Both the position numbers and the translations under genes were made by a program. From positions 1-64,000 of IMG/VR virus record IMGVR_UViG_3300012347_000104: a stretch of 64,000 nucleotides of DNA. One strand, 5' to 3'. Below, one piece after another: positions 53,952 to 62,274 of this stretch. The stretch's first letter is position 1. Each line of letters starts with the position of its first letter. The notes beneath the pieces are model-generated. The model was given only the letters and a program-made list of their open reading frames with translations. It did not search any database and was not told the origin of the DNA. The DNA is from a virus. Taxonomy: Duplodnaviria; Caudoviricetes.

Positions 53952-54612
53952 GGTGAAACTTCAATGCCCATTGTTCTGGATTTATGTAATCAGTAATCAT
54001 TGTAACTTGGGTCTGATTTAAAGTCTCTAGAAAACGGATACCACTGTCGCTACAATACAACATCCATGGACTTATTTTACCCGAACAGATACCGTGACAC
54101 ACTCGATTTGGGTTTGCGTACCGAAATACGTCATTGGGTTGAATTTCGGACAACTCTGCTAGGGTAGTACAATACTCTACACCTCGATAGATTGCATCAT
54201 ACGCATCTTCTTTGCGTAGGAACTCACATAAAAACTTATTATAAGTAGAATCAGTGTTCCAGTTGTCTAGTTTAATTTGCTGTTCAAGTAGCCAATCTAC
54301 GTATCTAGGTATATTAATTACTTTTGAATCTACACAGTATGATCCGAACTTTGCAAACGCAATGTAATAAGGACTAGTAATGAATTCTTGGTAAGTTCTA
54401 TTCTTAGACTTACTCATGCTGTGCTTTTCATAGAATCTAACCCAACACTGGAATCCGATTCTATTTCCGGGATGTTCTTTATTAAGCCATCTACTTTTTC
54501 TCTCACATAGATGACTTACTAAGGTACGTTCACGTGCAAACTCTTTCTTACAGAATTCACAGGAATACTTACTCGTTACCGAGGTCTCTTTCATACGCTC
54601 TAATGTCTTCAT
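53896..54612 (-). CDS. hypothetical protein with N-terminal C2H-C zinc finger
   Basis: CEFCKKEFARERTLVSHLC; in the uvsW/gp62-like operon. Confidence 0.65.
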   Translation of the reverse strand: MKTLERMKETSVTSKYSCEFCKKEFARERTLVSHLCERKSRWLNKEHPGNRIGFQCWVRFYEKHSMSKSKNRTYQEFITSPYYIAFAKFGSYCVDSKVINIPRYVDWLLEQQIKLDNWNTDSTYNKFLCEFLRKEDAYDAIYRGVEYCTTLAELSEIQPNDVFRYANPNRVCHGICSGKISPWMLYCSDSGIRFLETLNQTQVTMITDYINPEQWALKFHRDANLKQQIQDTLRAAGY

Positions 54613-55165
54613 CTGTTACGGTTTGTGCTAATACTTCAATATCTGAAATTTTCAAATCAGGGAATCTTTTCGCAAGATAGACTTTTTTCTTGTGTTCTTC
54701 TACAAAGGCTTCACTAATGAGTGCAAGTGATTCACTATCTGCTTTGGGATAAATCTTAGCATAGTATTCCTTAACGTCTTTGAGTTTGGGAGTTTCTTTT
54801 AGTGTTGCGACTTTGCTTGACAAGTGAGGGATCCATTGATGGAACTTCTTACCTAATCCGGGGCTTGCAGCACACAACATCAGCCATTGTAGTTTAGGAT
54901 GCTTTTGTACATACTCATTGAAAAGATGCTTGTTAGCTGAATACTCAGTACTCATTACATAATAGCCCTGCACACCACCGTTGTCTTTAACTGCGCTCAT
55001 CCAGTGAGTCATCATGTAGGGAACAAACTTCTTTTGTTGCTCCTCTGTCATATTGTCGAGATAGTTGTAGTCTTTGCGATCCATAGCCGCAAGTGCTTCA
55101 AACAAGTCGAAGTCTTGCTTTTCTAGTTTCTCGTCTTTGGGGACTGCTGGTTTCTTTGTTGCCAT
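54569..55165 (-). CDS. gp62: clamp loader small subunit (T4 gp62-like)
   Basis: F..YMMTHWMS...N......HPKLQW..L....G..KFHQWI; YY pattern and helical C-terminus. Confidence 0.55.
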   Translation of the reverse strand: MATKKPAVPKDEKLEKQDFDLFEALAAMDRKDYNYLDNMTEEQQKKFVPYMMTHWMSAVKDNGGVQGYYVMSTEYSANKHLFNEYVQKHPKLQWLMLCAASPGLGKKFHQWIPHLSSKVATLKETPKLKDVKEYYAKIYPKADSESLALISEAFVEEHKKKVYLAKRFPDLKISDIEVLAQTVTDEDIRAYERDLGNE

Positions 55166-55166
55166 A

Positions 55167-55667
55167 TTACCAAGATTGCTGATAGTCTACAATTTCACAG
55201 TTACGACTAATCTCTTTGACAAAGTAAACGCATCGTGGTTTATCAGTATCATCAATCGGTACACACAAGAACTGACCGTTCTTTAGTCGAGGGGCGTACC
55301 AAGTCACATCATGGTAAATATCTACAATCTCAATGTCTTGGAAACTAGGTCTAAATGCCGAGAGAGGATTGAATTCAAATGCCTTAAAACCTCTATCATT
55401 GATACTCGTAAGCGGTAATGTTTCTAAGTCTCCTACTTCTGGTTCGCCGATTAGAATCTGCCAATCTACTGGCATCTTGATAGTCTTGTCACCAATGCGT
55501 AACACGAGCGCGGGACTGTTAAATGATTCTAAAAAGATTAGTGGAATGTAATGATAGTCTACATTAGAAGGGGTACTATTGTCTAAGATAGCAAATCGCA
55601 AGTCATCTACTTCTTCGGGTAGTGTCTCAAGATTGTAGTATTGGTTGTCGAGGGTTAATATACGCAT
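55167..55667 (-). CDS. hypothetical beta-rich protein (possible Hint-like fold)
   Basis: 166 aa; own extended -10 promoter (TGaTACAAT, 55674-55682). Confidence 0.55.
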   Translation of the reverse strand: MRILTLDNQYYNLETLPEEVDDLRFAILDNSTPSNVDYHYIPLIFLESFNSPALVLRIGDKTIKMPVDWQILIGEPEVGDLETLPLTSINDRGFKAFEFNPLSAFRPSFQDIEIVDIYHDVTWYAPRLKNGQFLCVPIDDTDKPRCVYFVKEISRNCEIVDYQQSW

Positions 55668-55679
55668 AGTCTTATTGTA

Positions 55680-57167
55680 TCACTTATAATCAATTTTCTC
55701 TACGCTAAACGGGTAGTTAGCCTCTTTGTAGAAGGCTTTGCGTTGTGTCAAATGTCGTTTTGCGAATTTACAGGAACTCGTAATATCCCAGATTTGTACA
55801 AAGTCCTTATCTTCTGCCTTTCTAATACCTCTTCCAATAGACTGGATAACTCGAACAAAGCTCTTTCCGGGTTCCACAAGAACCAGATTGAAAATCCTAG
55901 GAATATTAATACCCACAGCGGCCACACCATAAGTCGCCACAATAACCTTGTTAGTAGCTGTAGCCACTTCATCATACTGTTCCTTTCGTTCTGTCATGTC
56001 TGTGCCACCTGACACAAAACTCACTTCATAATCTAATCTAGCTTTAGTAAACGCTTCACTAAGTCTAGTTTGAATCTCTCTGCCGGCTGCAACTCTGTCA
56101 ACTAATATAAGAGTGTTACCGGTATCTTTAATCTTATCAAGCATTGTGCAAATCTTCACTAAACGCTTGTCGTCTTCTAGCAAGAACTTTAGCTCACTTT
56201 GGTAATTGCTGAATTCTGTTTTGTCTTGCAATTGAACAATGTTTACGTGACACTGTGCAAGCACACCCATCTCTTGTAAAGTACTTGCTGAGAGTTTGTT
56301 GATAACATTACCTAACGACACATACAATGCTTGTGCTTCAAAGATAGCTTTAGGTATAGTTCCAGTCAATCCGAATCTGATTGGTATGTTACTCATCACG
56401 CCAGTTAACAACTCTTTCAACACATCAGCTTTAGCCATGTGAACTTCGTCAACCATGACACAAACAACACCTTCAATAAATTCACCGATTGGAATCTCTG
56501 CTTCATCTGCTTTAGTCTTCTTCATCATGTTGCCAAGACTTTGCCATGTACAAATAGTATGTGTCTTACCATAGTCTTTTCTATCACCAAAGTATACACC
56601 AACGTCAAGACCCAAGTTGATATAGTCTGCTTCTGTTTGAACAACGAGACTTTTGTTCGGTACGATAACGATACTGCGACCATACTTCTCGACACTAGCT
56701 GATAACGCCGCAGTGATAAGAGTCTTACCTGCACCCGTAGCAATCTCTTGAATGGACTGTGGATTCTTTAAGAACTCATTGATAATCTCAATTTGATAGT
56801 CACGCAATACGACAGGTTGTCCTGCGATAGGATGCTTATCAGGCCATACTTTGTGTGCGAATGTCTTCTCGGTTACTTCATCAAAGTTAAATGTAGTTGA
56901 ATACTCACGCAAGTCTTCCAACTGAATGTCATATCCTGCATTGTCCAAGAAGGGTAGAATTTCTGGAAGTAAGTTAACATACGTACTGCCACCTAGACTA
57001 AAGAAACTAATCTTACCGTTCCATCTACCTAATCGGACACTCGGCAAATATCGTGCACCAGGCTTCTCGTATTCGAACTTCTTCATCAACGCTTTGCGGT
57101 CCCCTATTTCTAGTCCCTCAATTTTTACGTTGACTTCATCTCTGATAATTAGTTTACATTCTTTCAT
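55680..57167 (-). CDS. uvsW: SF2 DNA helicase (T4 UvsW-like)
   Basis: LRDYQ, ATGAGKT, DEVH, GLTGT, GINIP, QSIGRGIR. Confidence 0.9.
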   Translation of the reverse strand: MKECKLIIRDEVNVKIEGLEIGDRKALMKKFEYEKPGARYLPSVRLGRWNGKISFFSLGGSTYVNLLPEILPFLDNAGYDIQLEDLREYSTTFNFDEVTEKTFAHKVWPDKHPIAGQPVVLRDYQIEIINEFLKNPQSIQEIATGAGKTLITAALSASVEKYGRSIVIVPNKSLVVQTEADYINLGLDVGVYFGDRKDYGKTHTICTWQSLGNMMKKTKADEAEIPIGEFIEGVVCVMVDEVHMAKADVLKELLTGVMSNIPIRFGLTGTIPKAIFEAQALYVSLGNVINKLSASTLQEMGVLAQCHVNIVQLQDKTEFSNYQSELKFLLEDDKRLVKICTMLDKIKDTGNTLILVDRVAAGREIQTRLSEAFTKARLDYEVSFVSGGTDMTERKEQYDEVATATNKVIVATYGVAAVGINIPRIFNLVLVEPGKSFVRVIQSIGRGIRKAEDKDFVQIWDITSSCKFAKRHLTQRKAFYKEANYPFSVEKIDYK

Positions 57168-58234
57168 TTAATCTCGATTGGTTTATTGTTTCCTAGGAAG
57201 ATAGTCTTACATCCACCTAGCTTTGACACTGATTGTCCGAATCCCCATAGAGCAGTGTTAATCACGACTGGGAATTCATATTTAGTTTGATTGATACGCT
57301 CTGCAACCGTATTTCGTTTTAGTAAGTCTACTTCGATTTTGTTCTGCTTTAGCAAAGACTGTAGTTCACTTATATGCGTGGAACTGTTATTTTTGAATGT
57401 TTCTAGAATCAACACGTAATCGCATTTGATGCCTACTAAGTATCTCACTAGAGTGCCAATGTCTGACAGATTGATAACATTATTGTACGTTGTAGCAAAG
57501 TCTATTAACTTAAACCCTTCATCTGTATTCCAAAGCTCTTCGGCTGCGTCTACTAATATTGATTCATCAATCGTTACACCGGCAGCAGTTAGTCTGGCTA
57601 ATGTTGCAGTGTCAGCATCCAGTGTGATATGTTTTAACGCTTCGTCTATTACATGATTTGTGCAAGCAATCATATAATTTCCATTGACTTTAACGTATGT
57701 AGGGTCCCAACAAGTTGCTTCTTCTAAGTCAGCAAAATCATTAATCACTGATTTTGAAATATCACAATAGTTAACTGCAGGATAATTTTTATCTAAACAC
57801 TCAATCACGTGCTTTAAGGTATACTCACAGTATACAGTAGTCCACAGTCGTTGCTCTTTATTCCAAGTTACTGGAATTTTAGAATCTTTGATTTGATTGA
57901 TGAACTCTTTTTTAAAAGGACTTCTTATCTCAATGACATTATCATTTACAGTACAATAGGCGTCGGTGTATTCAGGTAAACTTTCTACTGGTGTAGAATG
58001 CCAAAGTAAGTTAACCATCTCATTGGCATCAATCTCTTGCTTTCTTAATTGTTTTTCATAACGCAGGGTTATTTTGTTTAACAATGCCGATTGATTAGTA
58101 GTTACCGGGGACTTTTTAGTAGCCTGAATTACTTGAAGACTTGTTAGGAAGCGGCGGTCGTATGTTCCTAAACTAATGTTTTGCAACAGGTAATATACTA
58201 ATTGTTCTTTTGTGTTTGGCTTCACGTTTGTCAT
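57164..58234 (-). CDS. hypothetical protein co-transcribed with uvsW
   Basis: 356 aa; ATGA overlap; TTGCTT-17-TATAAT at 58241-58269. Confidence 0.65.
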   Translation of the reverse strand: MTNVKPNTKEQLVYYLLQNISLGTYDRRFLTSLQVIQATKKSPVTTNQSALLNKITLRYEKQLRKQEIDANEMVNLLWHSTPVESLPEYTDAYCTVNDNVIEIRSPFKKEFINQIKDSKIPVTWNKEQRLWTTVYCEYTLKHVIECLDKNYPAVNYCDISKSVINDFADLEEATCWDPTYVKVNGNYMIACTNHVIDEALKHITLDADTATLARLTAAGVTIDESILVDAAEELWNTDEGFKLIDFATTYNNVINLSDIGTLVRYLVGIKCDYVLILETFKNNSSTHISELQSLLKQNKIEVDLLKRNTVAERINQTKYEFPVVINTALWGFGQSVSKLGGCKTIFLGNNKPIEIK

Positions 58235-58282
58235 TCAAACATTATACTACGTGTGTTCACAAAAAGCAACAACAAAGGACAA

Positions 58283-58306
58283 GAAAGGGGACCTAAGTCC
58301 CCTTTT
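58283..58306 (-). terminator. intrinsic terminator
   Basis: AAAGGGGAC-CTAA-GTCCCCTTT. Confidence 0.75.
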
Positions 58307-58307
58307 A

Positions 58308-58418
58308 TTATTTGTTGAAAATTCGTTTTACCTTGAATCCCTGTTCATATAGTTCATCAGCTTCATCCTGACTGAAACAATCAAACAAGAACAAATCACC
58401 ATCATAAATTTCAAACAT
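58308..58418 (-). CDS. 36 aa acidic peptide (MFEIYDGDLFLF...)
   Basis: Manual translation; GGAG SD. Confidence 0.55.
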   Translation of the reverse strand: MFEIYDGDLFLFDCFSQDEADELYEQGFKVKRIFNK

Positions 58419-58420
58419 AG

Positions 58421-58675
58421 TTACTCCAACAAAAGAACCGTTCGGTTCACATGGTTACAATGACAGCAGTACCGTTGACGATACCGCGCTCTTTTACTGA
58501 ACGTACTGTGCCACGGAGTGTGGCTACCTAGTTCAGCATCCTGCCAGCGAGTCCAGTTATGAATGCCGATTCGACACCACCAACTGGACACTAGAAGCTC
58601 CTCGTCCTTCAATGCACGAATTGTATTTCTATGCTCATTCATCACGCAATTTGTCAAAGATACGTTCACGCTCAA
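58421..58675 (-). CDS. small Cys/His protein (CRIGIHNW family)
   Basis: C..G.H.W..W...RYC.HC; start may be MNEHRN. Confidence 0.55.
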   Translation of the reverse strand: MSVNVSLTNCVMNEHRNTIRALKDEELLVSSWWCRIGIHNWTRWQDAELGSHTPWHSTFSKRARYRQRYCCHCNHVNRTVLLLE

Positions 58676-58973
58676 CTAAGAAACATTCAAACGCTGCCTT
58701 GACAATGTTGTAAAAGAAGGTAAACACTGCAAGCCAGAAACCGGATGCTCCGATAAGTTGGACTGTCTCTTTACTTTCAATCAACCAAGCAGATAACAAT
58801 AGTGTCACTAGCAAGGTAATCAATGAGAGAATAAGAAATCCGGCGATAGCAAAGAATGAATCAGGGGCACCCTTCTTCAATTCATATCTGAAATTTTCAG
58901 CGAGGTTGAAACAACCTCCGAAGATTCGCATAAAGCACCATTTGAAAAATGCTAGATACATACGCCAATTCAT
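58635..58973 (-). CDS. two-TM membrane protein
   Basis: Two long hydrophobic segments. Confidence 0.65.
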   Translation of the reverse strand: MNWRMYLAFFKWCFMRIFGGCFNLAENFRYELKKGAPDSFFAIAGFLILSLITLLVTLLLSAWLIESKETVQLIGASGFWLAVFTFFYNIVKAAFECFLVERERIFDKLRDE

Positions 58974-58976
58974 GCG

Positions 58977-59159
58977 TTACGCTCCATAGTAGTGCTGCTC
59001 GTCTGGGTGATCCTGCTCGGCAAGTTCAGGGGTATTCCAAACGTTTCGTGCTTGCCATTCTTTGACTTTTGCCAAACGCTCCTCGTCTGTCATTTCGTGA
59101 CAGCGTGGATTACGATCCGATTGGCGAAGCATTTCTACACCTCGTTTAAATATATTCAT
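58977..59159 (-). CDS. hypothetical protein
   Basis: 60 aa. Confidence 0.5.
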   Translation of the reverse strand: MNIFKRGVEMLRQSDRNPRCHEMTDEERLAKVKEWQARNVWNTPELAEQDHPDEQHYYGA

Positions 59160-59269
59160 AGCTTTACCTGATTAGTAAACACCCGATACATGAATAGCAT
59201 CATGCACATTGCTAACATCGGGACTGATAACACTAAAAGAGTGTCAATATTTTCTAACAACCAATTCAT
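59156..59269 (-). CDS. 37 aa hydrophobic peptide (MNWLLENIDTLLVLSVPML...)
   Basis: Manual translation; TGATG and ATGA overlaps fill the gap exactly. Confidence 0.5.
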   Translation of the reverse strand: MNWLLENIDTLLVLSVPMLAMCMMLFMYRVFTNQVKL

Positions 59270-60288
59270 CATGCACCTTTCATACAAGTTGCTTTAGCAA
59301 GTTCGCGCCAGTTAGTGCTAATCTTCACGAGGTCAGCAATCTTCAAGCACATACGCAAGGACACTTCACGTAATTTAGAATGATTAGCTTCGATAAACTG
59401 CATCACTTCGTCAGTTTGAACTTGGTCAAAGTCATAGTCAGCAAACAAGCCGCCGTCAGCATCACGATGCACTTGCTTGATACGCAACATTTTGTCACGC
59501 TCAGTATCAACAGTCAGGTCCAAGAAGTGACTACGTGATTGGAGAGCATCCAAGTGAGGTGTCATCTTGCTTGCTTTTTTGCTATCGAAAGTTTTGTTTG
59601 TAATGAAGATGATTGAACCTTCAAAGTTGAAAGTGTTTGGCACACCCTCGTCACGCAACAAACGACTATCTTTGTTCCAAGAGATACGGCGAGTCTTACC
59701 TGAATCGAGGGCACCTTTGAGAACGTTAACTGCATCTTGGTCATCCCAAATGTCACAGTCGTCAAACACGAGAACGTTTTTCTTGTCAGAGAATTTGTAG
59801 AGTTTTGCGAACAAGCCGATGCCTGACATTGCACCTTTGACAATCTCAAAGCGAGGACGCTTGCCTTGAATCTTATCAAACATAGATGCTTTTTCCATCT
59901 GTGTGATAACACCGTGTGACTTACCGATACCTGCAGGACCTGTCACAATCATAGCACGAATGTCGCCTGCAATACAGGCACGAGACATTTCATCAAGCAC
60001 TGCGAATCGTGAGGCAATACGATCCATTGCTTCTTCTTCTGTTTCTTTTTGTGTCACTTTTACTTCATCATTGGCTGAATGTGTAGCGTCAGTCACATAT
60101 TCAATTTGTTCAATGTTGTCAACTAACACGCGCACATCTTCAATGTCAATATTGAATTGACCTTCATTCTTTACAGTGATATAACCACCTTTAGCACCTA
60201 GTTGATAACCTTTCACAAGTGTGAAAGTTTGATTGATAACTGGCTGTTTACGATATGAACCTGAACGAACGAGAACTGTGCTTGACAT
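59269..60288 (-). CDS. AAA+ ATPase of unknown function (early)
   Basis: Walker A GPAGIGKS, Walker B LVFDDCD, FITN sensor, LQSR. Confidence 0.8.
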   Translation of the reverse strand: MSSTVLVRSGSYRKQPVINQTFTLVKGYQLGAKGGYITVKNEGQFNIDIEDVRVLVDNIEQIEYVTDATHSANDEVKVTQKETEEEAMDRIASRFAVLDEMSRACIAGDIRAMIVTGPAGIGKSHGVITQMEKASMFDKIQGKRPRFEIVKGAMSGIGLFAKLYKFSDKKNVLVFDDCDIWDDQDAVNVLKGALDSGKTRRISWNKDSRLLRDEGVPNTFNFEGSIIFITNKTFDSKKASKMTPHLDALQSRSHFLDLTVDTERDKMLRIKQVHRDADGGLFADYDFDQVQTDEVMQFIEANHSKLREVSLRMCLKIADLVKISTNWRELAKATCMKGA

Positions 60289-60321
60289 GTGATTTCCTGT
60301 ACTTTGTGACTTAAAGATGTT

Positions 60322-60350
60322 ATTATATACCCGAAACGATTAATTGTCAA
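60322..60350 (-). promoter_or_regulatory. sigma70 consensus early promoter
   Basis: TTGACA-17-TATAAT. Confidence 0.8.
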
Positions 60351-60571
60351 GCCGCAAATTCGGGCAGTACAACCTCGCGGGCTTGTAGGATCAAGTCGCG
60401 GACAGCTTCACGGTCTACTGAATCTTCACAGAATTCAACACCACGTGCCTCGCAACGCATTTTATGGATTGCAGTAGCAATGTTGACTTGGATTTCGTTG
60501 AAATTGAACTCGGGATAAAGTTCGCTCTCGGGACCATAGAAACTCATAACATAGCTAGTGAATTCTGACAT
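60347..60571 (-). CDS. hypothetical early protein (start reassigned to MSEFTSY)
   Basis: AGGA SD; the longer ORF call starts inside the -10 box. Confidence 0.6.
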   Translation of the reverse strand: MSEFTSYVMSFYGPESELYPEFNFNEIQVNIATAIHKMRCEARGVEFCEDSVDREAVRDLILQAREVVLPEFAA

Positions 60572-60604
60572 AATGTTCCTTGTTTTGTTGCTGTCTAAGT
60601 ATCT

Positions 60605-60633
60605 ATTATACAACCAAAACCATTTATTGTCAA
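60605..60633 (-). promoter_or_regulatory. sigma70 consensus early promoter
   Basis: TTGACA-17-TATAAT. Confidence 0.8.
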
Positions 60634-61514
60634 GCCTGTACTAGCTTCCAGTTATTAACTTTAAAGTACTCAAAATCATCATTGGTCTGACGACTGAAAT
60701 TTCCTGATATTTGTAGTACTTTTTCAGTATTAAAAATATGGTCCCAAACATGTTGTAACGGGTTGTCTTTTGTTAAGGACATCATTACGCCAGCGTTTAA
60801 CTTGTCATCTACCATCCAATATTGTATAGAGGTAGTACTGCGAGTTTTTCGAGTGATAGTTTTGATTGGTGTTAGATTGACGATAGTACCCAAGAACTTT
60901 GGAGTCCCGTTGCTATCCATACGATTGAACCCTTGATTAGGTGTTACTTGCAGACGTACCTCATCCAGACTAATATCATAGTCGTAAAAAGTAGGTAAGT
61001 AACAAATCATGCCGATATCTTTTTCCTTAAAGACTAATCCATCTGTATGCACGAATCTATTCATATCTTGTCTGAATTGCGTCATAACAAGTTTTTCACT
61101 TAACTTACCGAACATCACTTTTTTACTGTAGTAATCGCGGATTGATGCTGCCTTCTCTTTGTCACTAGTGGTTACGTTCTCCACTACTTTCTTATCTAGG
61201 ATTTGAAAACCATATTCTTTATTATTGCGCATCCGTTGTAGGGCACAACTTAATGCTAGAACGTCAACTGGTGTTTCAAACATCTCATATTTTTTAATGC
61301 CATGATGGTAACTGGTGCCGATGCCACTGAGATTGATTGTCGTGTCAGGAGACCAAGAGGGACTGAGCGTTACGGTTGAATTTAAATTTTTAAATGATTG
61401 TGCCAATTGTGAAGACATGGTTGTGATAGGTACTGACATGAATGGATCTCCGGATATAGTGAAAGTATCAGTGTTGTCTTGCAACACACCGTTGATATAA
61501 ATTGAATTAGACAT
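60630..61514 (-). CDS. hypothetical early protein
   Basis: 294 aa; TTGACA-17-TATAAT at 61520-61548, 5 nt from ATG. Confidence 0.7.
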   Translation of the reverse strand: MSNSIYINGVLQDNTDTFTISGDPFMSVPITTMSSQLAQSFKNLNSTVTLSPSWSPDTTINLSGIGTSYHHGIKKYEMFETPVDVLALSCALQRMRNNKEYGFQILDKKVVENVTTSDKEKAASIRDYYSKKVMFGKLSEKLVMTQFRQDMNRFVHTDGLVFKEKDIGMICYLPTFYDYDISLDEVRLQVTPNQGFNRMDSNGTPKFLGTIVNLTPIKTITRKTRSTTSIQYWMVDDKLNAGVMMSLTKDNPLQHVWDHIFNTEKVLQISGNFSRQTNDDFEYFKVNNWKLVQA

Positions 61515-61563
61515 GCTCTATTATAGCAAAAACCTCGTACTGTGTCAATACGAGGTTTGCCGT

Positions 61564-62025
61564 TTATAACGAGATATCTTCCATTCCACTTGTCCGTAAT
61601 CGGACTATGTGACCCATTTGCCATTGTTTGGCATCGAGTCCTTTCATGATACCTAACCATTTGTTTCGCATCAATGCGACTTCGTTGATTAGGGTTTCAT
61701 AGTCAATTACTTCCTGCTCACCGTCAACATACTTTTCAGCGTCACGTGATGTGAGTGCCCGATTGTATGCTTCGAGATATTTCTGGAAGTGTTTCCTACG
61801 AATCTTACGTAGTTGAATGTTAAGATGATTCAATACAGCCTCAATTTCTTGAAGCTGGTAGAAACGATGTTCGGTGAGACCGGGCAATGCAGCGATGTTC
61901 TTTTCTAAGTTGCCATAGACTTTCACATCTTTTTTCGCATCTACCAGTTCATTCTCAAAATAGAAAATGAAGTCTGGTAGTTTCGAAATATCTGCACTAA
62001 CCTTTGTTAGCCAATTACCTGACAT
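61564..62025 (-). CDS. uvsY: recombination mediator UvsY-like
   Basis: KYLEAYNRALTSRDAEKYVDGE; helical; downstream of uvsX. Confidence 0.8.
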   Translation of the reverse strand: MSGNWLTKVSADISKLPDFIFYFENELVDAKKDVKVYGNLEKNIAALPGLTEHRFYQLQEIEAVLNHLNIQLRKIRRKHFQKYLEAYNRALTSRDAEKYVDGEQEVIDYETLINEVALMRNKWLGIMKGLDAKQWQMGHIVRLRTSGMEDISL

Positions 62026-62274
62026 TTAGTTCCAATCATCATCTTGGTCATCATCATCGTGTTCTTCGTATTCTTCTTCTTGGAAGTGTTGTTCTGCATA
62101 GCCCTTTAAGGCTTTAGTAACATCCTTGTCTTTGAATTCACTTTTGATATCATCAACTTCATAGTTGTTGTCCATCAAATAATTAACCAATGAATCGGCT
62201 GCTTCACTGCGGTCGTTGAAATCAACGTGCTCACGTAATACTTCCCAAACTTCTGATACGATGCTTAAACTCAT
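62026..62274 (-). CDS. small acidic hypothetical protein
   Basis: 82 aa between uvsX and uvsY. Confidence 0.65.
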   Translation of the reverse strand: MSLSIVSEVWEVLREHVDFNDRSEAADSLVNYLMDNNYEVDDIKSEFKDKDVTKALKGYAEQHFQEEEYEEHDDDDQDDDWN

